The position numbers and the translations under genes were made by a program. The notes under the pieces are model-generated. The model was not told where the DNA came from and did no database searches. It was given only the letters and a program-made list of their open reading frames with translations. From assembly GCA_038230375.1 (NCBI GenBank), contig JBBRNJ010000036.1:18555-82554 (forward strand): a stretch of 64,000 bases of DNA, given 5' to 3'. This stretch comes from Polyangiales bacterium. GTDB lineage: Bacteria > Myxococcota_A > Polyangia > Polyangiales > Polyangiaceae. Below, piece after piece: positions 46,422 through 56,716 of this stretch. Position 1 is the stretch's first letter, and every line of letters begins with the position of its first letter.

Positions 46422-47666
46422 ATGAATTCACCCGCTCGCTCCTTCGCCGCGCTATCGCTCCTCGCTTTCGTCGCATGCGGCGCGCCCGGAACTGACGACG
46501 TCACCGCCGACGAGAGCTCGCTCACTGGTGTGGGGTCACTGCCGGTAGGTACAGCGCTGGTCGCGCGAACGAACGTCAACCTGCGCAGCGGACCATCGAC
46601 GAGCAACGCAGTCATCCACGTGATTCCGAAGGGCACCACGGTGACGGTCCAGGACTCGCAGCCAGCGAATGGCTACTACCATGTGTCGGACGACCGAGGC
46701 GCGCGCGGATGGACCGCTGGCGCGTACTACGACGTCAGCTCGTCGGCGCTGGACGCGGGGGCAGCGGACGCTGGTCCGGGCAACGACGCGGGGACAACGC
46801 TCGATGCGGCAACGGTCGCGGACGCGTCGGCATCGGCCACCGTGTTTCTCATCGTGATGGAGAATCACAACTGGCGCGACATCCATGGCAGTGCGTCCGC
46901 TCCGTACATCAACGGCACGCTGCTCTCGATCGGCGCCCACGCCGAGCGATACATGAATCCTCCGGGGCTCCATCCCAGCGAGCCGAACTACATCTGGCTC
47001 GAGGCGGGCGATGCGCTGGGGATCACCGACGACAACGGGGTCGCGACGAACCACCGGTCATCCACCCACCATCTCGTGAACCAGATCGAGGCTGCGGGGC
47101 TCGGCTGGAAATCGTACCAGGAGGACATTGACGGGATGACGTGCGCGCTCTTCGGGGTGCGCAACTACGCATCGCGCCACAACCCGTTCGTGTACTTCGA
47201 CGACGTCACGAACGGCAACGACCCGCACGCGCCACGCTGCATCAAGCACGTGCGGCCTCATGCCGAGCTCGCGACGGATCTCGCCGCGGACCATGTGGCC
47301 GCCTACAACTTCATCACGCCGAACTTGTGCAATGACATGCACGACTCCTGCGCGCCGCGGAACAACCCGATCGCGCAGGGGGATGCCTGGCTGGCGGCCG
47401 AGATCCCGAAGATCATGGGCTCCGCAGCGTATCAGCGCAACGGCGTGATCCTCATCACGTGGGACGAGGGTGAGCCCGGCGATGGCCCGATCGGCCTCAT
47501 CGCGCTCTCGCATCGCGCGCGCCCGGGCTACGCAGGAAGCATGGCGTACACCCACAGCTCGACGCTGAAGACGGTGCAGGAGCTGCTCGCTGTTGGACCG
47601 CTGCTCGGTGGCGCTGCGAAGGCGGGCACGAACGATCTCTCCGACCTGTTCACGACGTCTCCGTAG
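46422..47666 (+). CDS. SH3b + phosphoesterase (acid phosphatase/phospholipase C family) lipoprotein
   Basis: FVAC lipobox, VNLRSGPST (SH3b), VFLIVMENH, HPSEPNY, RHNPF, PNLCNDMHD, ITWDEG. Confidence 0.88.
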   Translation: MNSPARSFAALSLLAFVACGAPGTDDVTADESSLTGVGSLPVGTALVARTNVNLRSGPSTSNAVIHVIPKGTTVTVQDSQPANGYYHVSDDRGARGWTAGAYYDVSSSALDAGAADAGPGNDAGTTLDAATVADASASATVFLIVMENHNWRDIHGSASAPYINGTLLSIGAHAERYMNPPGLHPSEPNYIWLEAGDALGITDDNGVATNHRSSTHHLVNQIEAAGLGWKSYQEDIDGMTCALFGVRNYASRHNPFVYFDDVTNGNDPHAPRCIKHVRPHAELATDLAADHVAAYNFITPNLCNDMHDSCAPRNNPIAQGDAWLAAEIPKIMGSAAYQRNGVILITWDEGEPGDGPIGLIALSHRARPGYAGSMAYTHSSTLKTVQELLAVGPLLGGAAKAGTNDLSDLFTTSP

Positions 47667-47813
47667 AGTGCGCGCTGTCTCGCGCGCATGACACGCCCCA
47701 GTGCCGTCACGTGAGGGAGACACCAGCTCGGCTTTCACCACGCTGCAAAAGCGCGATCTCATTGTAAATCGGCGTCCCCACATGTCGGGCACGTTGATTG
47801 CTCGACTGCCTGC

Positions 47814-48974
47814 ATGCTCCCCAAGCTCCGCACGGTGACCAGCCACCCATCCTCCGACGTTGCGTTGCACGCGGCGCCGCTGCGCCCGAGCGGCCTCTAC
47901 GAAGCCGAACGTGCGGAGAGCCCGGACGCGGAGAACGACGTCACGATCGAGAGTCTCTTCCTGCCGCTGCTGTTCTCGTACGCGGAGCGAAAGGGGGCGA
48001 ACGCCAGGGCGGTCGCGTTCGAAGCAGGCGTTCCCTTTGCCGTCCTTGGCACCATCCCCGTGCGGCTCGACGCGATCGAGTCCATCACCAATCGAATCGG
48101 TGAGCTGCTCGACGAGCCGCACTACGCACTGGCGCTCGCGGATGGCGCCGCGAGGGGGCTCTGGGGCGTGGGGGAGCTCGTCGCGCGATTCGCCGACACG
48201 GTCGAGCAGGCGATGATCCGGGTCGATCGCTACGCCCGCCTCATTCCTCCGTTCCAGCGCATCGCATGGTCGCGCAGCGGCGGACAGGTGCGCTGCAGCT
48301 TCTACGTCGTCGGCGGCATGCCGCCGCTCGGTGGTCGGCACTGGAACGAGTTCTCGGTCGCGCGCCTCTTTCGTTTCGTGAAGGAGCTCTGCGGCGTGGA
48401 GCTCAAGGCCACCACGATCTGGTTCGCGCACCCGGCGCCCGCGGACACGTCAGCGCTCGAGAGCTACTTCGGCACGACGCAGATCATCTTCGACGCACAG
48501 GAGAACGGCTTTGCGCTCGACGAGCACGCAGGGGATCTGCCTGTCTCGTCCGCGGACGCAGCCACGTCACGGGTGCTGGTCGAGTACGCAGACTCGCTGC
48601 TTCCGGCGAGCGACTCCGTGGACCCACTCGAGGCGCGCGTTCAGGGCGCGGTTGCAAGGGCGCTCCCTGATGGCGCCCCGACGCTCGTGATCGTCGCCAA
48701 GGCGCTGGGGATGGGCACGCGCACGCTTCAGCGCCGGTTGCTGGAACGACACCTCTCGTTCATGGACCTGGTCGAGGGGGTGCGCAAGAACCTCGCGCTC
48801 TCGCATCTCCGCAATCCGGCGTACTCGGTCTCGGAGGTCGCGTTCTTGCTCGGCTATGCCGATGGCCGCGCCTTCGCTCGCGCCTTCGCTCGATGGACAG
48901 GAGCTCCGCCGCTGGTATGGCGGCGTGACGAGCGAAGACGCGCGAGCCCGGGTTGCCCGTCCGTCGCCGAGTGA
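47814..48974 (+). CDS. AraC family transcriptional regulator
   Basis: AKALGMGTRTLQRRL and SVSEVAFLLGYADGRAFARAFARWTG double HTH, with an N-terminal ligand domain. Start uncertain. Confidence 0.9.
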   Translation: MLPKLRTVTSHPSSDVALHAAPLRPSGLYEAERAESPDAENDVTIESLFLPLLFSYAERKGANARAVAFEAGVPFAVLGTIPVRLDAIESITNRIGELLDEPHYALALADGAARGLWGVGELVARFADTVEQAMIRVDRYARLIPPFQRIAWSRSGGQVRCSFYVVGGMPPLGGRHWNEFSVARLFRFVKELCGVELKATTIWFAHPAPADTSALESYFGTTQIIFDAQENGFALDEHAGDLPVSSADAATSRVLVEYADSLLPASDSVDPLEARVQGAVARALPDGAPTLVIVAKALGMGTRTLQRRLLERHLSFMDLVEGVRKNLALSHLRNPAYSVSEVAFLLGYADGRAFARAFARWTGAPPLVWRRDERRRASPGCPSVAE

Positions 48975-48988
48975 AGCTCTCCGGGGCG

Positions 48989-49933
48989 CTACCTTCGAAG
49001 GTGGAAACTGGCTTTCACCAGGGGGCCCGGCTCCAGCAGCTTGAGCCCGGCGCTCTTCGCCGCGCGTATCAGCGCTGAGTGCGCGCTCCAGACGGCGTCG
49101 CGCATGTCGCCTGCGCTCTCCCAGCGATCCTTCTTATCGAACGCGAGCGCGCGATCCACCACGTCGGCCACGTATCCCGGCAGGTCTGGCAGGACTGTCT
49201 GGACCTTCGGCGCGGGCTTCTTGCCAACGTTCGTCACGCGCTCGAGCATGGTCGTGCCCTCCACGAACGTGGTGCCCGTGAGCGTGTGGAACATGACCGC
49301 GCCCACCTCGAACAGGTCGGCGCGCTCGTCCACGTCCGCCGGATTGCCTGACACCTGCTCTGGCGCCATGTACGCGATCGTACCGAGCACCATGCCGCGA
49401 GCCGTCGTGCGCCGCGACCGAAGCTGCGCAAAGCCAAAATCCAGGACCTTGACGATTCCTGGTGTGGTCACGAAGAGATTGGCCGGCTTGAGATCCCTAT
49501 GGATGACGCCGCGCGCGTGGAACGCGTCCAGCACGTCCAGCGTCTGGTGCGCGATCGCGAGCACGTCCACGCAGGGCAGGCGCTCGCCCGGCATACGCGA
49601 GATCATCTTGTCGACCGACTCCCCTTCCAGGAGCTCCATGACCAGGAACACGTTGCCGTCGTCGGTCTCGCCATCGCCAGTGATGCGGACGGCGCCGCGA
49701 TGGTCTACCTGGTTGGCGGCGTAGCCCTCGCGGAGGAAGCGCGCGCGCACCTCTGGCTCTCGCGCGATGTGCGGATGGAGCAGCTTGATGGCCACGCGCT
49801 TGCCCTTCGCGTCCGTCGCCGCAAACACGGCCGCCGCGCCGCCCATGTCGAGCACCGCGTCGACGCGCCACTTTCCAGCGAGCGTTTGTCCGATCCGCTT
49901 CTTGGCTTGTTCGAGGTTGGTCAACTCACTCAT
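48989..49933 (-). CDS. Hanks-type Ser/Thr protein kinase (catalytic domain only)
   Basis: VAIKLL, RFLREG, HRDLKPAN, VKVLDFG, GTIAYMAPEQ. Confidence 0.92.
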   Translation of the reverse strand: MSELTNLEQAKKRIGQTLAGKWRVDAVLDMGGAAAVFAATDAKGKRVAIKLLHPHIAREPEVRARFLREGYAANQVDHRGAVRITGDGETDDGNVFLVMELLEGESVDKMISRMPGERLPCVDVLAIAHQTLDVLDAFHARGVIHRDLKPANLFVTTPGIVKVLDFGFAQLRSRRTTARGMVLGTIAYMAPEQVSGNPADVDERADLFEVGAVMFHTLTGTTFVEGTTMLERVTNVGKKPAPKVQTVLPDLPGYVADVVDRALAFDKKDRWESAGDMRDAVWSAHSALIRAAKSAGLKLLEPGPLVKASFHLRR

Positions 49934-50033
49934 GCGTGGAATTTTTGCGAGCATAAATGCAGGCATCGCACCCGTCCATCTACACGCGCTGTCGCGTGAC
50001 GCCTGCACGCGGCTTTCGTGTACGCTGCGCGGC

Positions 50034-50642
50034 ATGAGGATCGGCGAGCTCGTCACGGCGGCGCTGCTGTTCTTGTGTGCGCCGGCCGCCGCAACAGAGC
50101 CCTCTGCGATCCCTGGCGTCACACCAGTGCCGCCAGTGAAGGTGATCGCGGAGGCTCCGGGCGGACCGTACTACTACCGTGACGTGCGGCCCGTGTTCGG
50201 TGGCGGTGTTCGTCTGAGCTCGGGTCTAGACATGCGCCTCGGCATCGGCGACGAATCGACGAAGGTCGCATACGGACTCGACGTGCTCGGTGTCGGCCGG
50301 CTTGGCTTCGGACGTGGCGCGAAGGTCCTCGCGGTGTGGCCGGAGGCGGGCTATTCGTTCATCGGCTCCGACTGGCACCTCCTGGGCATGGGCGTTGGCC
50401 CCGCGCTGCAGGCGCGCGAAGGGCTATCGTTCGGGCTCGTGCCGCGCGTGCTCTACGGTGTTGCAGGCGGTCGCGAGGCGAAGGGGCTCCGGACGTGCGC
50501 CCTCATCGATTTCTCGTTCGGGCAAGGCGGCCTTGGCTTCGAGGTGGCGCACCAGTACGTCGTGTGGGGCGATCACAACATCCACGAGATACGCTTCGCG
50601 ATCGAGTCCTCGCTGGTGTGGGGACACGGAGAGAGTCCGTGA
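50034..50642 (+). CDS. Exported protein, possible small beta-barrel
   Basis: ATG 50034. Signal peptide, amphipathic strands. GTGA overlap with the next gene. Confidence 0.65.
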   Translation: MRIGELVTAALLFLCAPAAATEPSAIPGVTPVPPVKVIAEAPGGPYYYRDVRPVFGGGVRLSSGLDMRLGIGDESTKVAYGLDVLGVGRLGFGRGAKVLAVWPEAGYSFIGSDWHLLGMGVGPALQAREGLSFGLVPRVLYGVAGGREAKGLRTCALIDFSFGQGGLGFEVAHQYVVWGDHNIHEIRFAIESSLVWGHGESP

Positions 50643-51559
50643 GCCGCCCCACCCATCCGCTCCCGCTCATCGGCGCATTCCCGCTCGCGCTCGCGCTCCT
50701 GGGATGCGGCCCGTCGTCGCAGCAGCTCCTGGCGGGCAATCACTTCCGCGAGGCCACGTGCGCGATCGCAGAGGGTGAGGTCGACGCGCAAGAGGTGTCT
50801 CTTGCCTTCACGCGTGCGCTCGATCCTCAGCTCCATGTCGAGGTGATGTCGGACGAGACCGTGGCCGCCGCCGCGCCGCAAGCGCCCGCAGAGGTGCGCG
50901 GGCGGGTGCTGTTCGTGCGTGTGCGCGTGGTCACCAACGAGGTTCCGATCGACCATCTGGCCGTCTCGCTCGAGGCCGTCGGACAGGTGCCTGCGCATCC
51001 GATGGAGCTCGACGCGCTCGCGAAGCTCACCGGTGAGCGCGCACCTGCGTCGCACACCTCGACGGAGACCCACTACATCGAGAATGCCGTGAGCGGCGCG
51101 ATCAGCATCTTCACGCTCGGCCTCATCGACCCCGCTCAGCGTGGCCCCACGACGCATGTCGTTCCGCCGCTGCCGCTCGAATGGAAGCTGACCGCGCCGA
51201 ACGCATATGACCTCTACACTGCGTTCTCGGGCCCGGGGTGTGAAGAACATCGCCGCGGTCCTGACGATGCGCAGCACGTGAGCATGACCTGCGCCGCCAC
51301 GTTCATGGTGGAGCGCGTTGGCACGGGCTCGCTCGCGCTGGATATGGGCGTCGACTACCAGGCGGCGCGGCTGTCCCGCAATCAGGAGATGCGGAGCGCC
51401 GCTGACGACGCTTCGTGGACGTGTCGCCTGAAGACGCGCCTGCACGTTCCGCTCGGCCCAGTCGGCGATCTCTCGAAGGCGACCTTGGCGACGTTCGGCC
51501 CGCGCTTCCGTGCCGTGAAGGAGCTCGACGCCGCCGCCGGGCATGACGTCGCGCAATGA
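50639..51559 (+). CDS. Lipoprotein, unknown function
   Basis: GTG 50639. Lipobox LLGC. ATGA overlap with the pfkB-like gene. Confidence 0.68.
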   Translation: MSRPTHPLPLIGAFPLALALLGCGPSSQQLLAGNHFREATCAIAEGEVDAQEVSLAFTRALDPQLHVEVMSDETVAAAAPQAPAEVRGRVLFVRVRVVTNEVPIDHLAVSLEAVGQVPAHPMELDALAKLTGERAPASHTSTETHYIENAVSGAISIFTLGLIDPAQRGPTTHVVPPLPLEWKLTAPNAYDLYTAFSGPGCEEHRRGPDDAQHVSMTCAATFMVERVGTGSLALDMGVDYQAARLSRNQEMRSAADDASWTCRLKTRLHVPLGPVGDLSKATLATFGPRFRAVKELDAAAGHDVAQ

Positions 51560-52392
51560 CGCGCATCGCGGTGATTGGCCACGTGGAGCACGTGACGCTC
51601 GGCGGCGTGGACGACGTGCCGCGCCAGGGCGACGTGATCCATCTTCGGCATCCGCGCTTTCTTCCCGCCGGTGGTGGTGGCATCGCGTTCGCGCAGCTTT
51701 GCCGCAGCGATGCGGAGGTCCACTTCTTCACCGCCATCGGAGACGACGCAGCAGGTGATGCCGTCCGCGCGCGGCTCGCCGCTGTGCGCGCCGGCGTGCA
51801 CATCCATGCGGCCGTACGCGCAGAGCCGCATCCTCGTGTCGTCGTGATGGTCGACGCGGAGGGCAAGCGGACCATCGTGGTGACGGGCGCGCCGCTCCAG
51901 GCCGCAGCGACCGATGCGTTGCCGTGGTCGGTGCTTCGCGACTGCGACGCCGCCTACTTCACGGGTGCCGATCCGCAGAGCCTCGTGCTCGCGCGCGGTG
52001 CGCGAGTGCTCATCGCGACCGCGCGCCGTGGACCCGTGTTGCGTGCCGCGGCGGTGCGTGCGGACGTGGTGGTGGGCAGTGTGTCCGACCCGCGCGAGAA
52101 CGCACCGTTCGCCGCCTATGATCCGGCGCCGTCCGCACTGGTCCTCACGGACGGACCGCGCGCGATCCGCATCGTGCAAGGCGCCGTGTCGACAGAGGTG
52201 GTGCCCATGGCCGTGAGCCACGTCGTTGGCGACTATGGCGCGGGAGACAGCTTCGCGGGCGCGCTGACGTACTTCCTTGCGGGTGGGCTCACCGTTACGG
52301 AGGCCTGCCGTCGTGCTGCGCCGTTCGGGGCCGCTGTCCTTCGCGGCATCGACCCGCTCGAGGTGCAGGCCGAGCTACTCCTCGACGTGTGA
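51556..52392 (+). CDS. PfkB family carbohydrate kinase
   Basis: AGGGG, IGDDAAG, GKRTIVV, GDYGAGDSFAGAL. Confidence 0.88.
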   Translation: MTRIAVIGHVEHVTLGGVDDVPRQGDVIHLRHPRFLPAGGGGIAFAQLCRSDAEVHFFTAIGDDAAGDAVRARLAAVRAGVHIHAAVRAEPHPRVVVMVDAEGKRTIVVTGAPLQAAATDALPWSVLRDCDAAYFTGADPQSLVLARGARVLIATARRGPVLRAAAVRADVVVGSVSDPRENAPFAAYDPAPSALVLTDGPRAIRIVQGAVSTEVVPMAVSHVVGDYGAGDSFAGALTYFLAGGLTVTEACRRAAPFGAAVLRGIDPLEVQAELLLDV

Positions 52393-52423
52393 CGTCGGCC
52401 GATCGGGTAACATCCTCGCGCCC

Positions 52424-54037
52424 ATGCCCGAGACCGGCCCGCACATTCGCCTCGTCAGCATCAACGACGTCTACTCGCTGGAGAACCTGCCCCGAATCGC
52501 GACGCTGGTGGCGCGCTGCAGGAACGAAGACCCCGCGGATCTCCTGCTCACGACGATGGCGGGTGACTTCGTGGCGCCAAGCCTGCTCTCCAGCCTGGAT
52601 GGCGGCCGTGGCATGGTGGATTGCCTCAATGCGATCCCGATCACGCATGTGTCGCTGGGCAACCACGAGGACGACGTGCCGGTGGACAAGCTGCGCGAGC
52701 GCATCGCTCAGTTCCGTGGCGTGTGGCTATCCACCAACGTACTCGGGCTGGACCCTGCGCTGCGGCTCTGTCACGTCATCGAGGTCTCGTCGCGCAGCGG
52801 AGAGAAGGTCCGCGTTGGCCTCATAGGCGTGGTGATGGACGAGCCGTCCGCGTACCACAGCGCTCCGTTCGGCGGCGCCACGATGCTCCCGGCGAACGCC
52901 ACCGCTGTCTCTGCAGCAGAGCACCTTCTGTCCGTGGAGCACTGCGACGTGGTGATCCCGATGACACATCAGTCGATCGAAGAGGACCGTGTCCTTGCGG
53001 CGATGAAGATGTCCCGCCCGTTCCCCGTGATCCTGGGCGGTCACGAGCACAAGCCGTTCCTGGAGACCGTCGGCGAGACGCAGATAGTGAAGGCGGGGCT
53101 CGACGCAGATCACGCGGTCGTGGTCGACCTTCGATGGCCCGCGGCCGCGAACGATGGCGCCAGGCGCGCAGCACCGCGCGTGCAGGCCACGCTGGTCCCC
53201 GTGGCATCGCTCGAAGAGGACGCGGAGATGCGCGTGCGCGTCGACACGCATATGCGCGCGGTGCATGCGCTGGAGTCCGCGACGCTCATCCATCTGGACG
53301 CCGACCAGGCGCTTTCTTCGGAGGGCACGCGGCACTCACAGACGTCGCTTGGCACGCTGCTGGCGACCGAGCTGCGGGGCGCGTTCCGCGCAGATGCGGC
53401 GCTCTTCAATGGTGGCGGCATCCGCGCGAACAAGACGTACCTCGGACGTTTCACGTACGGCGATCTGAAGGCGGAGGTCCCATTCGACAACGAGGCAGTC
53501 GTGGTGAACCTGCCCGGCGCCGTCCTCGCAGAGGCGGTGCTGTCATCGCGCGCACATGCGCCGCAGGAGTCGGGCGGGTTCCTCCAGGTCGACGACGGAA
53601 TGAAGGTGGACGCGCAGAACCAGCTCGTAGAGATCGCGGGCGCGCCGCTCGACGCAACGCGCCTGTACCGTGTCGCGCTCGTTCGCAATCTGCTCACCGG
53701 CATGGACCACGTCGAGCCGCTGGTTCGTTATGCACAAGAGCATCCCGAGGTGGTGCCTCCTCTCGACACTGGGCGCGAGGTGAAGGTGGTCCTCGTCGAG
53801 GCTCTCGCGCTGCGACTATTCGCGGGCCTGGGCACGTTCGACGACGTGGACGAGAACCACGATGGCCGGATCGAGCCCAGCGAAATTGCACACGCGGTGG
53901 CGCGCGCGACACGTGAGCCCGCCTCGGAGATCACGGTGGACCTCCTGCTCAAGGCGATCCCGCATCAGGGAGTCGCGATCGAGCGCGCGGAGGCAGAGGT
54001 CGCGCGACTGCTGGCTACTTCTTCAGCTCGTCGGTGA
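52424..54037 (+). CDS. 5'-nucleotidase/metallophosphoesterase with C-terminal EF-hand
   Basis: SINDVY, AGDF, LGNHE, PMTH, LGGHEH, NGGGIR, EVPFDN. EF-hand loop DENHDGRIEPSE. Confidence 0.88.
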   Translation: MPETGPHIRLVSINDVYSLENLPRIATLVARCRNEDPADLLLTTMAGDFVAPSLLSSLDGGRGMVDCLNAIPITHVSLGNHEDDVPVDKLRERIAQFRGVWLSTNVLGLDPALRLCHVIEVSSRSGEKVRVGLIGVVMDEPSAYHSAPFGGATMLPANATAVSAAEHLLSVEHCDVVIPMTHQSIEEDRVLAAMKMSRPFPVILGGHEHKPFLETVGETQIVKAGLDADHAVVVDLRWPAAANDGARRAAPRVQATLVPVASLEEDAEMRVRVDTHMRAVHALESATLIHLDADQALSSEGTRHSQTSLGTLLATELRGAFRADAALFNGGGIRANKTYLGRFTYGDLKAEVPFDNEAVVVNLPGAVLAEAVLSSRAHAPQESGGFLQVDDGMKVDAQNQLVEIAGAPLDATRLYRVALVRNLLTGMDHVEPLVRYAQEHPEVVPPLDTGREVKVVLVEALALRLFAGLGTFDDVDENHDGRIEPSEIAHAVARATREPASEITVDLLLKAIPHQGVAIERAEAEVARLLATSSARR

Positions 54038-55649
54038 CCAGCTGGATCTCCGCGGGCGACAGCGCGCGGAACCTGGGCGGCGGCATCTTGCGGAACACGT
54101 CGTCGGGCAGCGTGAGGCGGTGGATCGCAAGGTCCTTCTCCTTGCGGTCCATGATCGCCAGATCGTCCACGCGGAACTTCTCGCGCGTCTCCGTCTGGTC
54201 GAGGTTCTTGTTGTGGCACTGCTGGCACTGCTGCACCAGGATCTGCGCGCCGGTGAGGCCGGCGGCAGGACGCAGCGACATGTCCTGCAGCGCCGCATCC
54301 AGGAACACGTCACGGATGTCGGGCATCTGCGCGAGCGGCATGGTGCCGGCGATCACGCTCTTGTACGCGGTCGTCATGCTGGCGAGCTTGGTCGGGTCCG
54401 TCACCTTGATGTCGTGGTACGGCGGCGGGATATCGAGGCTCATCATCGAGTTCGTGTAGAGCTTCATCCACGTGGCGCTCTTGCCCATGGGGACGTTCGA
54501 CGCGGGCTGCCCGGCATTGACCGCCTGCACCTCCTTGAGGATGGTGCCCGTGTTGTACTCGTTCGCCTGCGTCTGGAAGCCCTGGTTCTCGACCAGCCCT
54601 TCGAGCGCTGCCGGGTCCGGACCGCCACCCGTCGTGGTGTTGCCGTTGTTGTTGGTCTGGTTCGGGTTGAAGATGACCGCGCCAGGGATGCCGCCGTACG
54701 CCTCCGTGGTGCCGTGCGCGGCCTGGTAGTCTGCCATCAGCACCTGACCGTTGTTGCGGTTGTTGCGGAAGAAGTGCCCCCACGGATTCTGCAGCTCCTG
54801 CATGCGCAGGATCTTGGTTCCAGTCGGCCCACTGGTCTGGTGGCACTGCTGGCAATCGAGGACGGTATTTTTGATGTCCTCCTCGTTGTACAGCGAGTAC
54901 ACACCCGCGAAGTTCGACTCCACCGCGGGTGTGAGCAGATCGCCGCTGGTGCAGCCCGTTGGCGTGGTGTCGCAGGCGTGCTCGAACTTGAACAGGAAGA
55001 AGTTCAGCTTGTTGCCGTTGCTCGGATCGTTGGAGATGAGCTCCACGAACGACTCACCACGGACGAAGCCCATCGCGATGAAGCTGGCCAGCGGCTTCGG
55101 GTTGTTCACGCGGCCGCGGGAGTTCGGGTTCGTGAAGATGATCACGCGCGGATTGATCGCCGACACGAACTTCTGCACGAGCGACGACGAGTGGCCCGTC
55201 ATGGCGAACGCGGGATTGCCTCCAGTGCCGTTGCCGATGTTGCCCGCCTTGAAGTCCAGGCCGAGGAGCTTCTGGAGATCCACGAGGCTTGTGATCACGG
55301 GCGCTGTCGCGGGCGTACAGAACGCCTTCGACACGGCATCGCCAAGCTTCCGCGCGCACAGCGCCGTCAGCTGCGTCTGTCCCTGCGGGAGGAAGTAGAG
55401 CGGGTCCTTCACGCTATCGATGTTGAGGCCGCCGTCGCCTCCAGCGTCGGTGGTGCCCCCACCTCCGCCTCCACCGCCCCCGCCGCCGCCTTGGTTACCG
55501 CCGGATCCAGGGTCGGTGCCACTGCCCCCATCGACATCGGTGCCGCCCCCACCGCCAGCAAGGTCGCTGTTGTCGCCCCCGCTCGAGCAAGCTGCTACAG
55601 CGGCCAATCCCAGGACTGCCACCAAGCCCCACACCTTCGATGCACCCAT
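54015..55649 (-). CDS. Di-heme cytochrome c lipoprotein
   Basis: Lipobox VAAC. Two CQQCH motifs (54840-54854, 54213-54227) and a C-terminal KMPP distal-Met motif. Confidence 0.78.
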   Translation of the reverse strand: MGASKVWGLVAVLGLAAVAACSSGGDNSDLAGGGGGTDVDGGSGTDPGSGGNQGGGGGGGGGGGGTTDAGGDGGLNIDSVKDPLYFLPQGQTQLTALCARKLGDAVSKAFCTPATAPVITSLVDLQKLLGLDFKAGNIGNGTGGNPAFAMTGHSSSLVQKFVSAINPRVIIFTNPNSRGRVNNPKPLASFIAMGFVRGESFVELISNDPSNGNKLNFFLFKFEHACDTTPTGCTSGDLLTPAVESNFAGVYSLYNEEDIKNTVLDCQQCHQTSGPTGTKILRMQELQNPWGHFFRNNRNNGQVLMADYQAAHGTTEAYGGIPGAVIFNPNQTNNNGNTTTGGGPDPAALEGLVENQGFQTQANEYNTGTILKEVQAVNAGQPASNVPMGKSATWMKLYTNSMMSLDIPPPYHDIKVTDPTKLASMTTAYKSVIAGTMPLAQMPDIRDVFLDAALQDMSLRPAAGLTGAQILVQQCQQCHNKNLDQTETREKFRVDDLAIMDRKEKDLAIHRLTLPDDVFRKMPPPRFRALSPAEIQLVTDELKK

Positions 55650-55849
55650 GGCCGCGACGTGCTGCAATAGGTTCGCCAGATCGCTCCCATGTTGAGTCAA
55701 AACCGCACTCCGGACGTCGCTTCCCTTGCGGCTGCAATTTTCTGCGCTGCATGGTCTTGCGCATCGCCACCCGCAAGGACCAACACGGGCCCCGTCACGA
55801 AGGCGGTGCGCGTGTGCGCACAGGGCCTGCTCCAGAAGTGAATTTCAGG

Positions 55850-56317
55850 TCACGGCGCGCAGACGCAGTGGAACGCGCCGGTGCCCAGCGCTTGCTCCTC
55901 AGGGGTCTCGTTGCATCCGACGAAGCCGCCAGCGTCGATGTACGTCGGGTTCTGCTGAACGCAAAAATCGTTGCAAGCTGCAGTGACCTGCTCATTGTCG
56001 GTCGTCGAGTACGCGTCGAACGCCGGCGCTCCACAGGCCGAAGGCACGTTCACCGTGGGGCTCTTCTTCGTCGGGATCGTCACGCATTCGACGATCGCGG
56101 CGTCGCAGGACGGCGGACCCGCGTCCACGGTGCCCTTCGTGCCGGACTCCTGCGCGGCATCCGCGGTCCCGTTGGTGGCTGCGTCGCCCCCGTCGCCGGA
56201 AGTGGTGCCCACGGTGCTGCTGCTACTGCTGCACGCCCAGAGGCCAAGCGCGCCGCCGAGACCGGCGACCATGAGCCACGCGGCTGCTCGAAGCTGGGAG
56301 TGGCGCACGGTGCTCAT
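55850..56317 (-). CDS. Small Cys-rich lipoprotein
   Basis: Lipobox LWAC, eight further Cys. Confidence 0.7.
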   Translation of the reverse strand: MSTVRHSQLRAAAWLMVAGLGGALGLWACSSSSSTVGTTSGDGGDAATNGTADAAQESGTKGTVDAGPPSCDAAIVECVTIPTKKSPTVNVPSACGAPAFDAYSTTDNEQVTAACNDFCVQQNPTYIDAGGFVGCNETPEEQALGTGAFHCVCAP

Positions 56318-56374
56318 CCCAGGAGCGTACGGTTCCCCGCACCGCTCGGCAATCAGCGTCGTATGATCGCGCGC

Positions 56375-56716
56375 ATGAACCGCGTCGTGTCACTCGCCGT
56401 CTTGCTCGTCCTTGCAGCGTGCGATGAAGCACGCGGCACGCCCACCCATGTCCCCGAAGGTCCCATGGCCAAGCCCGCGACCAGCCTGCAATCGATGTCC
56501 GGCTGCGAGCAGCTGGGCAAGGTGACCGCGAAGGACGGACCCAACGCGGACTTCGAGATGCGCCAGAAGGCATTGAAGGAAGGCGCCACGCACGTGTATC
56601 GCATGCCCGTCTCCGATCAGACGGGCTTCGGTGGAGCGCTCGAATCCCGTGAGCGCGTCTACGGGCAGATGTTCAAGTGCGGGGCGGGAGACGCTGGCGC
56701 CGACGCCGCGCCGTGA
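56375..56716 (+). CDS. Small lipoprotein (DUF4156-like)
   Basis: Lipobox LAAC. GCEQLGKV...MRQKALKEGATHV...GQMFKC. GTGA overlap with the next gene. Confidence 0.65.
   Translation: MNRVVSLAVLLVLAACDEARGTPTHVPEGPMAKPATSLQSMSGCEQLGKVTAKDGPNADFEMRQKALKEGATHVYRMPVSDQTGFGGALESRERVYGQMFKCGAGDAGADAAP

Noticed and set aside
55752..55782. Imperfect hairpin TGGTCTTGCG/CGCAAGGACCA as a riboswitch or ncRNA
   Set aside because: A single stem with no recognisable aptamer consensus or terminator tail.
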